Source: Octopus bimaculoides
Lineage: Eukaryota
Length of the DNA stretch: 64,000 bases
NCBI RefSeq assembly: GCF_001194135.2
Contig: NC_068983.1
Coordinates: forward strand, 146,322,884-146,386,883
Reading direction: 5' to 3'
A program made the translations under genes and the position numbers. Each line of letters opens with the position of its first letter. Position 1 is the first letter of the stretch. This document shows positions 1 to 13,607 of the stretch, piece by piece. The notes beneath the pieces are model-generated. The model ran no database searches. It saw nothing but the letters and a program-made list of their open reading frames with translations, and had not been told where the DNA came from.

Positions 1-316
1 TATTCTCTCTCCTACACTGTCTTGCAACACGAAATACCTCAAGTCTTTGGTCCTCACGGCGCAGAACATTGGCAAATCTTTTCTTATCTGCTTCCCCTCT
101 GGCTAAATAAACCTGTCGCCTAGCCTCCCTTCTGGCACATTGGTACAATTCCCTGCTACCACCGTTCTTCCAGTCCTTCCAAGCCTGTTTCTTTTGTCTA
201 ATAGCCCTGTCTACCTCCTTGTTCCACCACCACGTTACTCTGGGTCGGGAGGGGACCTTACACCACCCACAAATCTGGTCGGTGGCTTTCAACAGGTTGT
301 CCCGCAGAAATCTCCA
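1..316 (-). mobile_element. RTE-clade LINE ORF fragment (linker between endonuclease and RT), cut by the window edge
   Basis: Open minus frame WRFLRDNLLKATDQICGWCKVPSRPRVTWWWNKEVDRAIRQKKQAWKDWK...FRVARQCRREN. The TWWWN motif is typical of RTE, and the segment is homologous to the + copy at 48106-48535. Confidence 0.85.
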
Positions 317-1415
317 ACTGTAATGTATATCATTGTAAAACTTGACCCATTTGTCACAAATCCACCATTCCCATCCTTGCTATTGCTACCCTCAATTTTT
401 CATTTAAAAGCATCATTTTCACACATTATCTGTCAATACTAACACTATCAGCTTTTGCATACACTAATCAATAATTCCAATATCCAGTTGTTTATTCAAC
501 ACAATATGTACATATGCAATACATATTAATTTTCTACCATACAAAATACTGCTTGTATGAACTCTAATAAAAGACCAACTGCAATCTCATATTATAATTA
601 ATAACTATATAACTGTCATACATAAGGAAAACAGTGATGCAAAAACACTTAAATATATAATTATTAAAACTACCTGTAAAAAAGTATAAAACTAGCTACT
701 TCTGCAGACAACAATAAAGAAAAAGTGATACACCATGTAGTAGATCTAGGTGAAAGCAACAAAGTAAATCTTGGCTATACCAGAACTTTAACATCAAATT
801 CTACCTTCTTTTTTTTTTTAAACATAGGTCAGCATGAAGAAGTTGATCATCATCAAGAACATACTTTTCTCTTAGTAACTGCGACTGGCTGGGAATCAGT
901 GACTAAATGCAGCAATATATTTTCCTTCCTTATTGTTTTACATCTTTAATTTTTCTGAGGAGCAAAATAGGAAATTTTAAGATTTTGACAGTTGGAAGCC
1001 CTTCCTGAAGTTACCTGCTCAACCATGAAATAATAGTAACACCTATGTTTTAGCTAAGTTAACTAAGGATTATTAATGTCTCTGTTTAAGGATATAGCAG
1101 CATGGCCGTGACAAGGGGTGAACTAATCTCAGTGTTATTTCTTTCACATTTTGCAAACATTTTGCCTCATAGTGTAACACTGAAACATTTTCTAGATGTG
1201 CCAAGCCCTGCATGAAGCAAGTTTATCCCACAATAGGTACTGTGCAGCTAATAAAAAAGATTACAAGAGAGAACACTGAATAATCTATATAAACTAATGA
1301 CTTTGAAGATAACTCAAATGACATTGGTAAAAGGTTAATCCTCCTGTTACGAGATGCAAATTCAATGTATGCAATCCATTTTTCAGACACAGGATATATA
1401 TATATGATTTATATG

Positions 1416-1417
<2 letters not shown>

Positions 1418-1496
<79 letters not shown>
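1418..1496. repeat. (TG)n microsatellite
   Basis: About 40 uninterrupted TG units. Confidence 0.98.
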
Positions 1497-1511
<15 letters not shown>

Positions 1512-1739
1512 CATGCATGCGTACGGGTCTAAACACACAAGCACACAGGCCTATATAATAATGCATACACACACACATATGTACATGTGTGTGCGTATAT
1601 CGATATACATTTCTTTCTTTCTCTCTGATTCCTCTACCCACACTATCACAATTAGCCAGTAGAATAAACTCATAACTACTTATAGAAACTTGACCATTCT
1701 TACTACTCTTCTCTTCCAATTTGTGGTTTACTATTCACT

Positions 1740-2380
1740 TTAGAAAAGTGAATCACTCCATCTCACACACATTCATTACTTACATTCTTACCTCTTCCTA
1801 CCCCTCCCCCTCATAATATCTTGACCACCAACTAACTCCTTTTTTCACTTTTTCTTCCTTTCCTTCTTTTCTCACCTTTTCCTTTGCCCTCTCCATTTTA
1901 ACATACACATCTCTTCTCTCCCCTCAAACCACTTAATACTACCACTACATTCTCAGTTTCATTCATACCACAAGACCCCTTTGAATGAACAGCTCATAGA
2001 ATCTACATCTCCACACTTTCCATTTGTGATGACAAAATATGAACACCTATTGGAATTTACATACCACGGACAGGAAGCATTTCTACCACTTCTACAAACC
2101 ACTTTCCTTGGCTAATAGAACTGCAACTATAACATTTTTATACACTTTTATTTTTTATTTCTACATTCATTCTATTTCCCTATATACTCCTTATTTGCTT
2201 CCTTTTCCAAAATAACTCCTCATACTGCACTCTAATATTTCCTTCTATTTAACCATCATGCACTGTCTCTGAAGAAGGGATATCCCTAATATCCCAGAAA
2301 CAGCTGTAAGACTAACTTTCTCTTTATAAATGTCCTGAAAATTCCATGCAGCCTTGGCTTTGCTGTCTCATTTTATTTCA
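1740..2380 (+). mobile_element. Probable Penelope-like element terminal (pLTR) remnant
   Basis: Pyrimidine-rich degenerate sequence ending in the hammerhead motif, a context known for Penelope termini. No clear ORF, and boundaries are approximate. Confidence 0.4.
2265..2312 (+). ncRNA. Minimal type-I hammerhead ribozyme motif (Penelope-type)
   Basis: GTCT | CTGAAGA | A GGGATAT-CCCTA-ATATCCC A | GAAA | C-AGCT-G | TA | AGAC. This gives the CUGANGA and GAAA cores, a 7-bp stem II, a palindromic stem III (ACAGCTGT), a GUA cleavage triplet and a 4-bp stem I. Confidence 0.75.
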
Positions 2381-2966
2381 CAAACACACACACACACGCA
2401 TGCACGCGCGCACACACATATAATTGCTATTGTTTAATGTCTACTTTTCCAAGCCTGCTTGAGGGCAGACAAAGGTATCATGGGGTAGAGTTTTCTATAG
2501 TTGGATGCCCTTTCGAAGTAAGGTAATAAGTTTATCAAGTGACAAACAGATCAGACATGTTTACACATAAATTATTCCTCATTTTAGGGTACTTACCAAA
2601 TATTGAACTGGATTTTAATATAATGACCTGAAATACTCCAGTAATATAAAAGGTATGATGAAAATGCTAAGAATTTTTAATAAATTTTACCAAATTTGCA
2701 GCTATATTTCTAAGTTCATTAGTGAAAACTTAAATGGAATTTAGGGATAAGATGGGATGCTTTTGAGATTAATTAATTTGATCAAAGTTTACTGTTTCCC
2801 CACCATATATAAAGATAAGGCTATTGGAAAAAAACAACATTCCAAAATATAAATTTGGTATTTCCAGGATTGTCTTATCACAATATCTGTTTAAATACAA
2901 GGATCATACAGCCTTACTTGTTTTAGTAATTAGTCAGAAGAGAAAGATCAGTGCCCATGAACTCTA

Positions 2967-4111
2967 CAAGGGTGGGCTGAAAAGTTCATAGGCTGACTAT
3001 GAAGGAGTGATACTAGAAATCTTGCATGCATTAATTTCAATGCTTCTTATAAACAACTGCATTGTTTCTTTCCAAAAGTAACTAGTAGTGACTTTTCTTG
3101 AAAATGGACAAAATTTTGCCTTGTGCTGTTATTAAGTACCTGCATTCAATGACATTGGTTGCTACTCCAGCTTAAAATAGTGCAAAAATGGGCAGCTGAA
3201 TTTAGGAGGAGAATGAAGAGTCAGACCCAAAGTCTGAACGTCCTGCAACAGCTACCACCAAGGAAAACATTGTGTTCACCTCATGATGATGGATGATAGG
3301 CAATTGACTATAAATCAAACAGCCAATGCTATTAGCATATCTCATAAGAGAGTTGAGAATATTCTGCACAATGAACTTGGCATGACAAAGGTTTCTGTTT
3401 GGTGGGTGATCACATCACAGAAAAATTTGACTTTGTTTGAGGCAGATCCAGCTGGTTTCTTTGAACATTTTCTAACCTTGGATGAATGTTGGCTTCCTCA
3501 CTGAGCCAGAGACAATGTATGCAGTGGAAAGACCTCTCCTCACCTGCTCCAAAGAAGGCCATGGTCGTTTCATCTGCAGGGAAGGTGATGACCTCAGTTT
3601 TTAGGGTTGCAATAGATATGTTTGTTGACTATCTTCAAAAGGGCCATACCATCAATGGAAAGTACTTAGCCAACTTGCTGAGGCAGTTACAAAAGGCTAT
3701 CAAAGCCAAACGACCAGGAAAACTGACAAAAGGCGTCTTATTTCATCAAGACAATTCTCCAGCACAAAAGTTCTTGGTTTCAATGGCTGGCGTGCATGAC
3801 TTTGGCTGTGAACTGGTTGATCACCCTCCCTATTCTCCTGATTTGGCCCCATCTGACTATCATCTGTTCCCCAACATGAAAAAACACTTGGCTGGGAACC
3901 AGTTTGACAGTAATGATGATGTCATATTTACTTTTGATGACATTTTTGATCAACAGGCTGAAAGATTCTTCACAAATGGGATCTAAGCACTGCAACACCA
4001 ATGGAAGAAGTATATTGGCCACAAGGGGGACTATGTTGAAAAATAAACCTTATTTGGTCACATTCCATGAGATTATCTTGATCAACCAATAAACTTTTCT
4101 GCTGACCATCA
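2967..4111 (+). mobile_element. Mariner (DD34D-type) transposon, full-length, inactivated
   Basis: TA-flanked imperfect TIRs (CAAGGGTGGGCTGAAAAGTTCATAGGCTGA and its degenerate inverse at 4082-4111). Transposase motifs TLDECW, FHQDNS and HPPYSPDLAPSDYHLF are split by frameshifts. Confidence 0.92.
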
Positions 4112-6482
4112 TATAGACCATCCTAAACTTATCAGATTGATGCAGTTGATTTTCAGTTTAAAGATTAATTGGGGAGGGACAAACAATGAAAGAAATTCAC
4201 AAGACTACAATTCTGGGGAGGAAAGATTGAAGCATGGGAATGAAAACTGTAAAAATTAAGGATGAAAAGGAAAGAAAATAATGTACATGTTCTCATTTTT
4301 TAAGTTAATCTCTACAGATTCTCAATAGAAATTAGAGCCAAAACAGAAAGTTTATGTATTGTATATGAATATGTTTAGTATACAATGTGACTGAAGATAA
4401 AAATAGGTAATGGGTGTATATGCATCCATTAATTGTTATTGCTCTTTCATCAGCACCACATTCAACCCATCAACTATCTACAAACGCATCACTTAAATAC
4501 CCACTAAGTTTAGTGGTGTAACATTATTTAGATAGACCAAGTTATATATTAAACATATTCAGTTTAGTAGTGTAACAATGTAGATATTATGATACTTGCT
4601 AATTTAGACAAGTAGTGATAGAAGAGACAGAAAGAAAAGAAACATTTGAGCCAATAATTGTAGCAATAGGTAACACATAGTTGATTAGTTGTATAGACTT
4701 CCTTGTAAGTGGGATGTTAGTGTGAATAGAGACAGCAATCTAGCAGATACGTGAACAGAATTTCAACAGGAGTAGCTACACTTAAATTTTAAAGCACATT
4801 GATGAGGGCCAAAGTATTTAATGGCTCTGAAATAATCTTTTGAATACAAAGTTTGAGTTGACTAGCATGACAGTCAGATTGTAAAGTCAAACAGCTGTTA
4901 TAACTTGGAGAGCTTCAGTTAATTGTTGTTCATATATAAAAAGGTTGAAGTATAAGACTGTTTCCTTGATACATAAAGAGAGATTAAGAAGCAACCATGC
5001 TGTTGAAGGAGACTAGTTATAACATCTGTATAAAGGTCTATGTTGCTAGAAGTGGTTACTGTGTAGAGGTCTTCCTCTACAAGATAACCTAGCAGACATA
5101 AACTGAACTTTGAAGTAAACATGGGTTGCATGCAGCCCAAGCACTGCATCTTGTAATGAAGTAGTCTAACACAAAACTTTCAATTCAAAAGATGAGAGGG
5201 AGGTGATGTCCAGCTATCATGACATAACTGAAGGCTTTCCTGATATCAATAGCATCAAGGCTGCTTTTGCTAATCTTCTCAAGGGCAAGAAGCTAATGAT
5301 GAGTGACACAGGAGAACAAATTTCCAGTAAGTCTTTATAGTAGCCACACTGCTACTCTCTCTAAGTGACAAGAGATACAGATGATTCACCATGTCTGTTT
5401 TCATCACCACTGAAATGGTGGAAGTAGTACTTTTTAGGAGTGGGGCAGACACATCATTGCATGTTTCTATAGACATTTATGCAAAAAGATTAAAATGTTT
5501 GGAGGATAGACCACTGTGAGACACACTATTATAGGATAATTATTGCATACTTGTCAAGAGTGGTTTGCCTTATTGGGTTAAAATAAACAGAGAATACTAT
5601 GAGGATACAAACTATTTAGTAATTGAAGCACTGAGACAGAAGTGCAAACAATCACAGAAACCTTTGATTTGATAATCAAACTTACCAAAACAAAAATTCT
5701 TCAGAAACAACCATTTTTACTTCCAAAACCTCTTGATTTTTATCAACTGTTTTAGAAGTAGAGCAACATTCACTGTTACAGGACAAAGTAAACCAGAGCA
5801 TCCCCTTCCCAATTACCTCCCACTATTATTTAACAAGCACTTCATCTTGTGTAAGTATGAAACATAAACAATTTGTAAGGCAGATGATCTGAAAACAGTA
5901 GTGATTATCAATTCATGCTTCTAGTACATCTTTCATGCATACCAAATACTGAAGATGATCAATCTTGAACATTTTAACAAGATACCTGCCAGTTCAGTCA
6001 TGCAAAATGAAGTTCACTTTCTTTGCAATTTCACCCTAAAAAATGCTTTCTTGAATGGATGACAAATTGACATGGAGATTAAATGAACATAAAGACCATA
6101 ACTTAAAAGCTTAATGTGTTTACATATCAAACTTTAAATTATAAGGAATCAAATTTAGACTGATCACCTTAACATGCAATTATGAACTTATTGCTGCAAT
6201 GAACTTCTTTGGAAGAAGCTGGGTCAATGTCTATGTGAAAGATGCTATACTAAAATCAAAACTGCAAGAAAAGAAAAAAAAACTGAATAACAGATAGCCC
6301 AATAAAGTGCAAAGTTTATTAAACATTCAAAGATAGACTAAGATTGTGATTAGCTGCCTTTATTGTTAATGATATTAATCATCATAAACACTGACTGGAC
6401 ATTTTATCTGTTGTAGTTTTGTAAAGATAAAATACTCAAGATAAAATAAGTTTTAGATAGTCACAAAATTACATCAAATTCA

Positions 6483-7810
6483 CATCACCATCATTATCAT
6501 TTAACATCAGCTTTCCATGCTGGCATGGGTTGGATGGTTTGACTGAGGACTGGTGAGCCAGAGGCTGCACCAGGCTCAATCTGGTCTGGCAAAGTTTCTA
6601 CAGCTAGATGCCCTTCCTAATGCCAACCACTCCGAGAGTGTAGTGGGTGCTTTTTATATGCCACCGGCACGAGGGCCAGTCAGGCGGTTCTGGCAACGAC
6701 CACGCTCACAAGGTGTTTTTACGTGCTACCTGCATGGGAGCCAGTCCAACAGCACTGGCAACGACCACACTCGAATGTTGTTTTTCACATGCCACCGGCA
6801 CATATGCCGGTAAAGTGATGCTGGCAACGAACATGCTTGAATGGTGCTTTTCATGTGTCACCGGCACAGGAGCCAATCCGTGGCCCTGGGAACAATCNNN
6901 NNNNNNNAGCCCATCCGTGACCCTGGGAACAATCACGCTCGGATGTGCTTTTAACGTTCCACTGGCATGAGTGCCAATCAGGCGGTACTGTCGTCGGCCA
7001 CATCAGCAATTTTGATTTTGATTTCACTTGCCCCACTAGGTCTTCTCAAGCAAGGTTTATTGTCCAATGAATGAGGGGTATTCATAAATGAGTTGGTTAC
7101 ACCCACTGGCATAGGCCATGGTCTCACTTGGCTTGTCAGGTCTTCTCAAGCACAGCATATCTCCAAAGGTCTCAGTCACTAGTCATTGCCTCGGTAAGGC
7201 CCAATGTTTGATGGTCGTGCTTCACCACCTCATCTCAGGTTTTCTTGGGTCTACCTCTTCCACAGATTCCCTCAACTGCTTGGGTGTGACACTTTTTCAC
7301 ACGGCTGTCCTCATCCATACACAACACATGACCATACCAGCGCAATCGTCTCTCTTGCACACCACATTTGATGCTTCTTAAATCCAACTTTTCTCTCAGA
7401 GTGCTTACACTCTGTTGTGTATGCACACTGACATTACACATCCAGCAGAACATACTGGCTTCATTCCTTGCGAGCTTACGCATGTCCTCAGCAGTCACGG
7501 CCCATGTTTCACTGCCATGTAGCATGGCTGTTCATACACATGTGTCATACAGTCTGCCTTTTACTCTGAGTGAGAGGCCCTTTGTCACCAGCAGAGTTTG
7601 GAGCTCTCTGAACTTTGACCAGACTATTCTTATTCTAGCAGCTACACTTTCAGAGCATCCACCCCTGCTACTGACTTGGTCCCCTAGGTAACGGAAGCTA
7701 TCAACTACTTGTAGTTTTTCTCCTTGGAATGTGACAGAAGCTGTTCTCTGCACATTTTCAGTGTTTATAGCACCTGAGCATTTGCCACATACAAAAACTA
7801 TCTTCCCAAG
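6483..7810 (-). mobile_element. 5'-truncated RTE LINE: RT C-terminus, 3' UTR tandem array and (GAT)n-type tail
   Basis: Minus frames VDSFRYLGDQVSSRGGCSESVAARIRI..., MLHGSETWAV..., RLRWYGHVLCMDEDS...GRGRPKKT. The 66-bp repeat array is at about 6647-7000, and the tail matches the other RTE tails. Confidence 0.92.
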
Positions 7811-10800
7811 AGCACAAACAGCACAAGGAACCATAAAATCATAATTACAATAGACAAACACCCAGCTGCAGAACATGAACAGAGATACAATGATCTGTCA
7901 ATGATGGAATTACAACTATAATGGTTGATAAACAGTATGAATAATATGACATTGTTTTGTAAAAACAAAATGAACATTTGGAGTGAATATCTGAAACTCA
8001 GCCTCTATGATCCGCTTAAATAACCTTTCATCGTCTGGAATGGTCAAGATGGATCCATTTTAGCTATGGTAGACTGACCTATGAACAAGACAAGAAATTG
8101 GATGATTGGTCAGTTGCAAAGCATTCTATGTCTATCATTTCATGATACAGTCTCAGTTTAACCAAGTTCTGTAATTCAAAGAAGTGACCAGCCAGTTCAT
8201 AGTGGGTATGTATGCCAAAAGTTGAGTTAGTGGTCAAGAAAACAATGGTTAGAAGTGTTATTATTAGTTTATTTGTAAATAATTGTTGCTAATAAACCAA
8301 ATAAAGGATCATAAATAAATGTGTAAATCATTAATATCAGGGATGTCAGTTTAACAATCTAACTGGAGAAGAAAAAAAAAATTAACAACAATTTACAAGT
8401 TAGTAATTAGAAGCTTCAAAGCTCCACAAAAATGGGTAGATAGAATATATAAATACATAAAAAAATTGTACAATATTTCATGTTTATTTCCTCTATTCAT
8501 TCTTCTGTTTATATCTTCTACTTTTTCAATATAACACTTTAGTATCATATTTTCACAAAAGAGGAATGTAGCACCTCAAGTCTTGTCAAAAGTTACCTTA
8601 AGAGTGATCACACTAAAATAATGTAACATAAGACGGAAAACGATCATGAAGAAGACAACCCTTCTGGTACTGGTGGCATAATAGAATATACTCAGGATAT
8701 ATTGTTAAAGAAATAGGTACTAAGCAGAGTTCTTCAGCTGTAAAAATATTCATCAAATCGATATCAATGGACAATATGATCACAACGATAATTATGTAAA
8801 TGTGTACTTATGTATCAAATGTTAGCTATAGTCGAGGTGAACTAACAGTCAATCAGGTCAGCATGAAATATGTTGATATAATAGATAGTTGTTAGAGAGG
8901 CTATTTCTGGCTTTGTAGCTACAATTTACAATGTCTTGAGGGAAATATAATTTGACTTTGCTAATAACAAAGATTTTCTTTCAGTATAAACAGACAGTTG
9001 AATGACATAATAGAAGTATGCTCACTGGTTATTCAATATCAAAGTCAGTAGACAGAACTGAAGCAGATGAAAACTGGAGAAAGCATGCATTGCTTTGAAG
9101 TAGTGATAATGATGCAAATGGAATGAGTTATAAAAAGTAGTTGTGTAAAAATTTTTAAAAAAGAGTTGGCTATCAAAAGATTTATAAATTTTAATTTACA
9201 ACAACCTGGAACATACATTTGATTTAAATCATCACCTTAAATCTAGCATTTAGATGTATAAGTGTGGATATTGCAGAAATTCACCGACTCCGGACTATAA
9301 TAAAATATCGAAAATAACTATATTTAAAACACTTGGAAATCCTGATAAATGAAATGAAATCAATTTATAAAGTACAACCTAATTTATTTTTTAATTACTG
9401 ATTAAGTTATTTAGGTAACCTATATAATACAGAATTTCCACTGAATATCATTAGTACTTAAGCAAGCTTGACTGCATCATCTCTTGTATCATCATACTTA
9501 TGATACTTGACAAATATTCAATCAATTTTGTTGAAAGCCCACTTTAATTCATTCAGATATGTATTTAATTTTTGATTAAATAATATTAGTTGCGAAGAAT
9601 TGCCTACAAGATTATATTAAACAAACTTTTATTTGAATTTACATATGTAATAAAAAAAAAAAAAGCCACTTGGAATTTTATGAAACAGAAAATTCAGTTT
9701 GAAAATAAAACAAACATAAGACTAATAAATAAAAAAGCCTATCTGAAAAGAGTTTTTTATATTATAAAAAATCAAGCAAAAAGTAAAATCTATGCCTAAA
9801 TAGTGTACATCTGAATATTGCAAATATTTTTCAAGGACTTTCTCTTCAGATACACAGTAGCAGTGACATTGAACTACTGATATCAAGTCTAAATCATACA
9901 ATAGCCATTTTGTAGTAACTCTCAGCAAGAGACATATCTGTTCACTGAACTGATGACAGATTCCAGTCCAACTTTACAATAAATGATAACAAAGACAGAG
10001 CTATATGCACTTGCTCAAAATGCTCAACTGATAAATAGCTGTAAAACAACCTTAACTCTTGAAGTCCAGTAATGCTTTTAGAAACTAGAGATTTTGATGA
10101 AATGTAATTAGTCCAATATGAAAAACATAAAAATATCACTTAGAGTTTTTACTTGTTGTTTTCTCACTTTCAGGTCAGCTGAATGCGGGTAATTTCACAT
10201 ATATTTACAAGATATTCATTACAGAGCATTGATTTCATATCTCAGAACTGAATTTGTACTTCAACTAATTTCTTTAACTTGGAAGCTGCACAATTCTCAT
10301 TAGAAAAAGCATTCTGAGTTATGCCTTCCATTTACAGATTCTGTAAGGCCTAACAAAATCAGTAGTATTTACTCTTATTACAATAATCATGCTCTCATCA
10401 TAATCCCACCAGTATGTAGAGACCCTAAATTTCAAATATATCAATAAATTAATGTTTTATTTTTTAGTCCTTTCCATTTACTAATGAAAGCATCAAAGCC
10501 ATGATCAACTGTGTGATAACTCCCTTCCAGCACAAAAACGATCATATAAGTAGCTGGTGTATACAGATGGCACTGAAGTATCATGAAATTAAGTCATTAA
10601 GTAAATCATTAATAAACCATATCTCCAATTCTAACTTGTTGTTTGAAGTATTAACCTCAAATACCCATTCAGCTATTGTGCCTGAAAATCAAAGGCAGAA
10701 AAAAAAGCTTAAGGAATTCACTTGATAAAATGTAAAAAATAAACACACATAGTACAAACAAAGTATTTTGACAAGAAATCCTTTTTAAAATGAGACCACA

Positions 10801-12029
10801 CTTCATCTCTTGCACAGAAGAGTGTTTAGTTCCTGCTTTGCAGACACAAACACCAACACTGATTGAATAGTAGTTATGCACAATTCAGGAGTTGGCAAGG
10901 GTTGTGGTTACTTGCAGTACAGGCATTTAAGAGTTAATCTTTATAATTATCAAAATCTTATTAACCACTTTGTCAGACTCTATGAAATATATAGTAAAAT
11001 GTTTCCTTAGACTTTAGATCTTTTTCATTGAAAACTTTATATATCCATCTAAAAGATAACACCATGTCTACTGAATAAAAAAGAAAATTGCAGTGACACT
11101 ATTATTCTAACAGACAACTTGTTTAATCAGAAGGTAAAATTGCTGGAAATAATTAACAAATGCTTCCTTATCTACAATGCATGACAACAGCATAAAATGT
11201 GTTTTACATGACTTGCTTTAGAAAGAATCAACCAGTAATCATCTGTCTGAAATTGATCAGTATGTTTATAAATCTATTTGGTAAGTCTAACTTTGTTGAA
11301 GGGAATGTGCCAACTTTTAGCAAATAAATATTCCAACAATAATAGTCAACTCAATGTTGAAGACCACCTACAGTAGCCGACCTTTTCAAAAGATCCATTA
11401 AGCTACTGATTAAGCTAAGCCAGAAAAACAAAACAATAGAGTATTGTTTCACCTTCTCAAATATATCTTGGTCATAAGTCACTGAATTACTAATGATATT
11501 TCAGTAAAATCATAAATTTTAATAATTATTACCATTTGCATTGTTTAACCAAGGGTTAGACAGGTCAATCCATCAATCTCCTTTTGTCTTCTACTAAACT
11601 TTTATTATATATACGTATATAATAAAGCCAACAGATATTTATATAAATATAATTTCTTCTCGATTTTATTCAAGAGTTGGTAATGAATGTGGCATTACAA
11701 ACAACTTTCAGCCTACATCAGTTTTATGGTGAGGGAAATTGAAAAATTTCAAAATCAGTCTTGAGACAATAATGTTGAAAAACCAATCAACCACTGGGTC
11801 TTTACAGTCAGATGTAGACACCAGGGTGGGAGGAGGCATTCACTAGGGTTGGGTGTGACAGACATTAAAGCAGGATGTAGTGTAAACACCAGGATGTGTG
11901 TCTGTGTAGACACTAAGATGGGGTGTGGTATTTACTAAGGTTGGGTGTGATTTATACTCCACAACTTGATTTGGCATTTGTTCCAGGGTTGGTACTGATA
12001 TTCTTGAATTCCTCACAGTGGATTAAGTA

Positions 12030-12357
12030 TTGAAGGCTGATTTCAAGATGTTGAACCTTATGAAAGAGATGACAAAGGATCAAGATATGTGGTGCATTTC
12101 AATACTCAAGACCTACCCACCACAATAGAACCGATACATTAAAACCAAGGTCCCACATAAAAAACAGTACACTCTGTAAAGTGGGTAACATTTCCTAATG
12201 TCACTCACTTTACAGAGTGTACTGGGCATCCAGCTGTAAAAACCAAACCAAAACAGACTATGGAGCCTGCTGTGGCCCCTGGCCTTGCTAGTTCCTGTCA
12301 AGCTATCCACCCCATGCAAACATGGAAAAGGGATGTTAAATGATGATGATGATGATG
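12030..12357 (+). mobile_element. RTE LINE 3' end fragment with (GAT)n tail
   Basis: KADFKMLNLMKEMTKDQDMW-like ORF end, then the shared tail (GGCATCCAGCTGTAAAA...CATGGAAAA) and TGATGATGA. Confidence 0.75.
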
Positions 12358-12381
12358 AATACACACACACATACATATATA

Positions 12382-13603
12382 TTGGGCCATCCCATAAATA
12401 ATGCAGTTTTTTCACAATTGCATGAACTAAAAGTCAGAGGGGGATGAGATAAACTATCTGCATGAACTTGCTATAAAAGCAGGTAGTAATTTTACTTTGT
12501 CCTTATTCTTAGTGCAAGTTTTGAAGAGTGCAGTTCTTCAAAGCTGTAATGGAAGTGCCAAAGGAGAATATTCAGTATATTTTGCTTTATGAGTTCAATA
12601 AAGGCAACAACGCAACAAAAAGTGCGAGGAATATTAATGCAGTATATGGGGATTGGACAATAAGCATAAGCCAGTGTCAACGGTGGTTCCAGAAATTCCG
12701 AGCCAGAAACTAGTCTAGAAGACTAGCCTCATCTTGGAAGATCTGTAGAGCTCAATGAGGACATCCTACAAACCCTGGTGGAACAAAATCCCATTGTAAC
12801 TGTTGAGGGACTAGTAGAGAAGCTTGGATTTGGTCATTCAACCATTCGACATCTGTGTGCCATTGGAAAAGTCAGCAAATTTGGTCAATGGGTTCCTCAC
12901 AAACTTTCCGAGTCTAATCGCTTGCAGAGAGTGACTATGTGCTCTTCTTTGCTGTCACATCTCACGAATGAAACTTTTTGGGGGATCGAATAGTGACTGG
13001 TGATGAGAAATGGGTTCTCTATAAAAATGTCAAGTGCTGAAAACAGTGGGTAGGGAAAGGAGAAACACCAGCACCCCAGGCTAAAGAAGGTCTTCACCCA
13101 CATAAGTTGTTATTTGTTTGAGGGGATATGAAAGGTTTAGTTCACTTTGAACTTTTAAACCCAAACCAAATGATAACAAAGGGGATCTATTGTGAGCAGT
13201 TTGAGTGGCTTAAGTCAGCACTATAACCATCTTTGGTTTCAAGAAGAAAAGTGTTTTTCCATCAGGATAATGCTTGGCCACATACAGCAAGGATGATATT
13301 CCAAAAGCTGGAGCAGTTTGAATGGGAAATAGTGCCCCACCCACCATGTTTGCTGGACATTGCCCAATCTGATTATCATTTATTCTGCAGTCTTCAAAAT
13401 CATTTGGATGAAAAAAATATGAATTCTATAGACAAGGTCAGAACAGTACTGGAGGAGTACTTTTCGTCATGGACAAGTGAATCTTGGAAGATGGAAGAGC
13501 AATGTAGTAAATGAAGGAGAGTATATTCTATTAAAAAAGAACTTTATCTAAATTTTGAAAAATAAAAGTATAAAAAAACTGCATTATCTAAGGGATGGCC
13601 CTA
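12382..13603 (+). mobile_element. Mariner transposon (Mos1/SETMAR-like), full-length, inactivated
   Basis: TA-flanked TIRs TTGGGCCATCCCATAAATAATGCAGTTTTTT / AAAAAACTGCATTATCTAAGGGATGGCCCTA. Motifs GQWVPHKL, IVTGDEKW, FHQDNAWPH and HPPCLLDIAQSDYHLF; several stops. Confidence 0.93.
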
Positions 13604-13607
13604 TATA

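Noticed and set aside
1294-1719. His/Thr- or Cys/Val-rich ORFs (also 52012-52303 and 61570-61833)
   Set aside because: They are translations of dinucleotide microsatellites or MITE arms.
2597-2627. 31-nt minus-strand exon (CAG|...|GTAAGT)
   Set aside because: There is no AGFG1 similarity, it would shift the frame, and it lies next to repeat-like sequence.
5165-5327. Plus-strand exon ending at a GTAAGT donor (…DITEGFPDINSIKAAFANLLKGKKLMMSDTGEQIS)
   Set aside because: There is no good acceptor, and the same frame has several upstream stops. It is more likely a decayed transposon or pseudogene fragment that I cannot classify.
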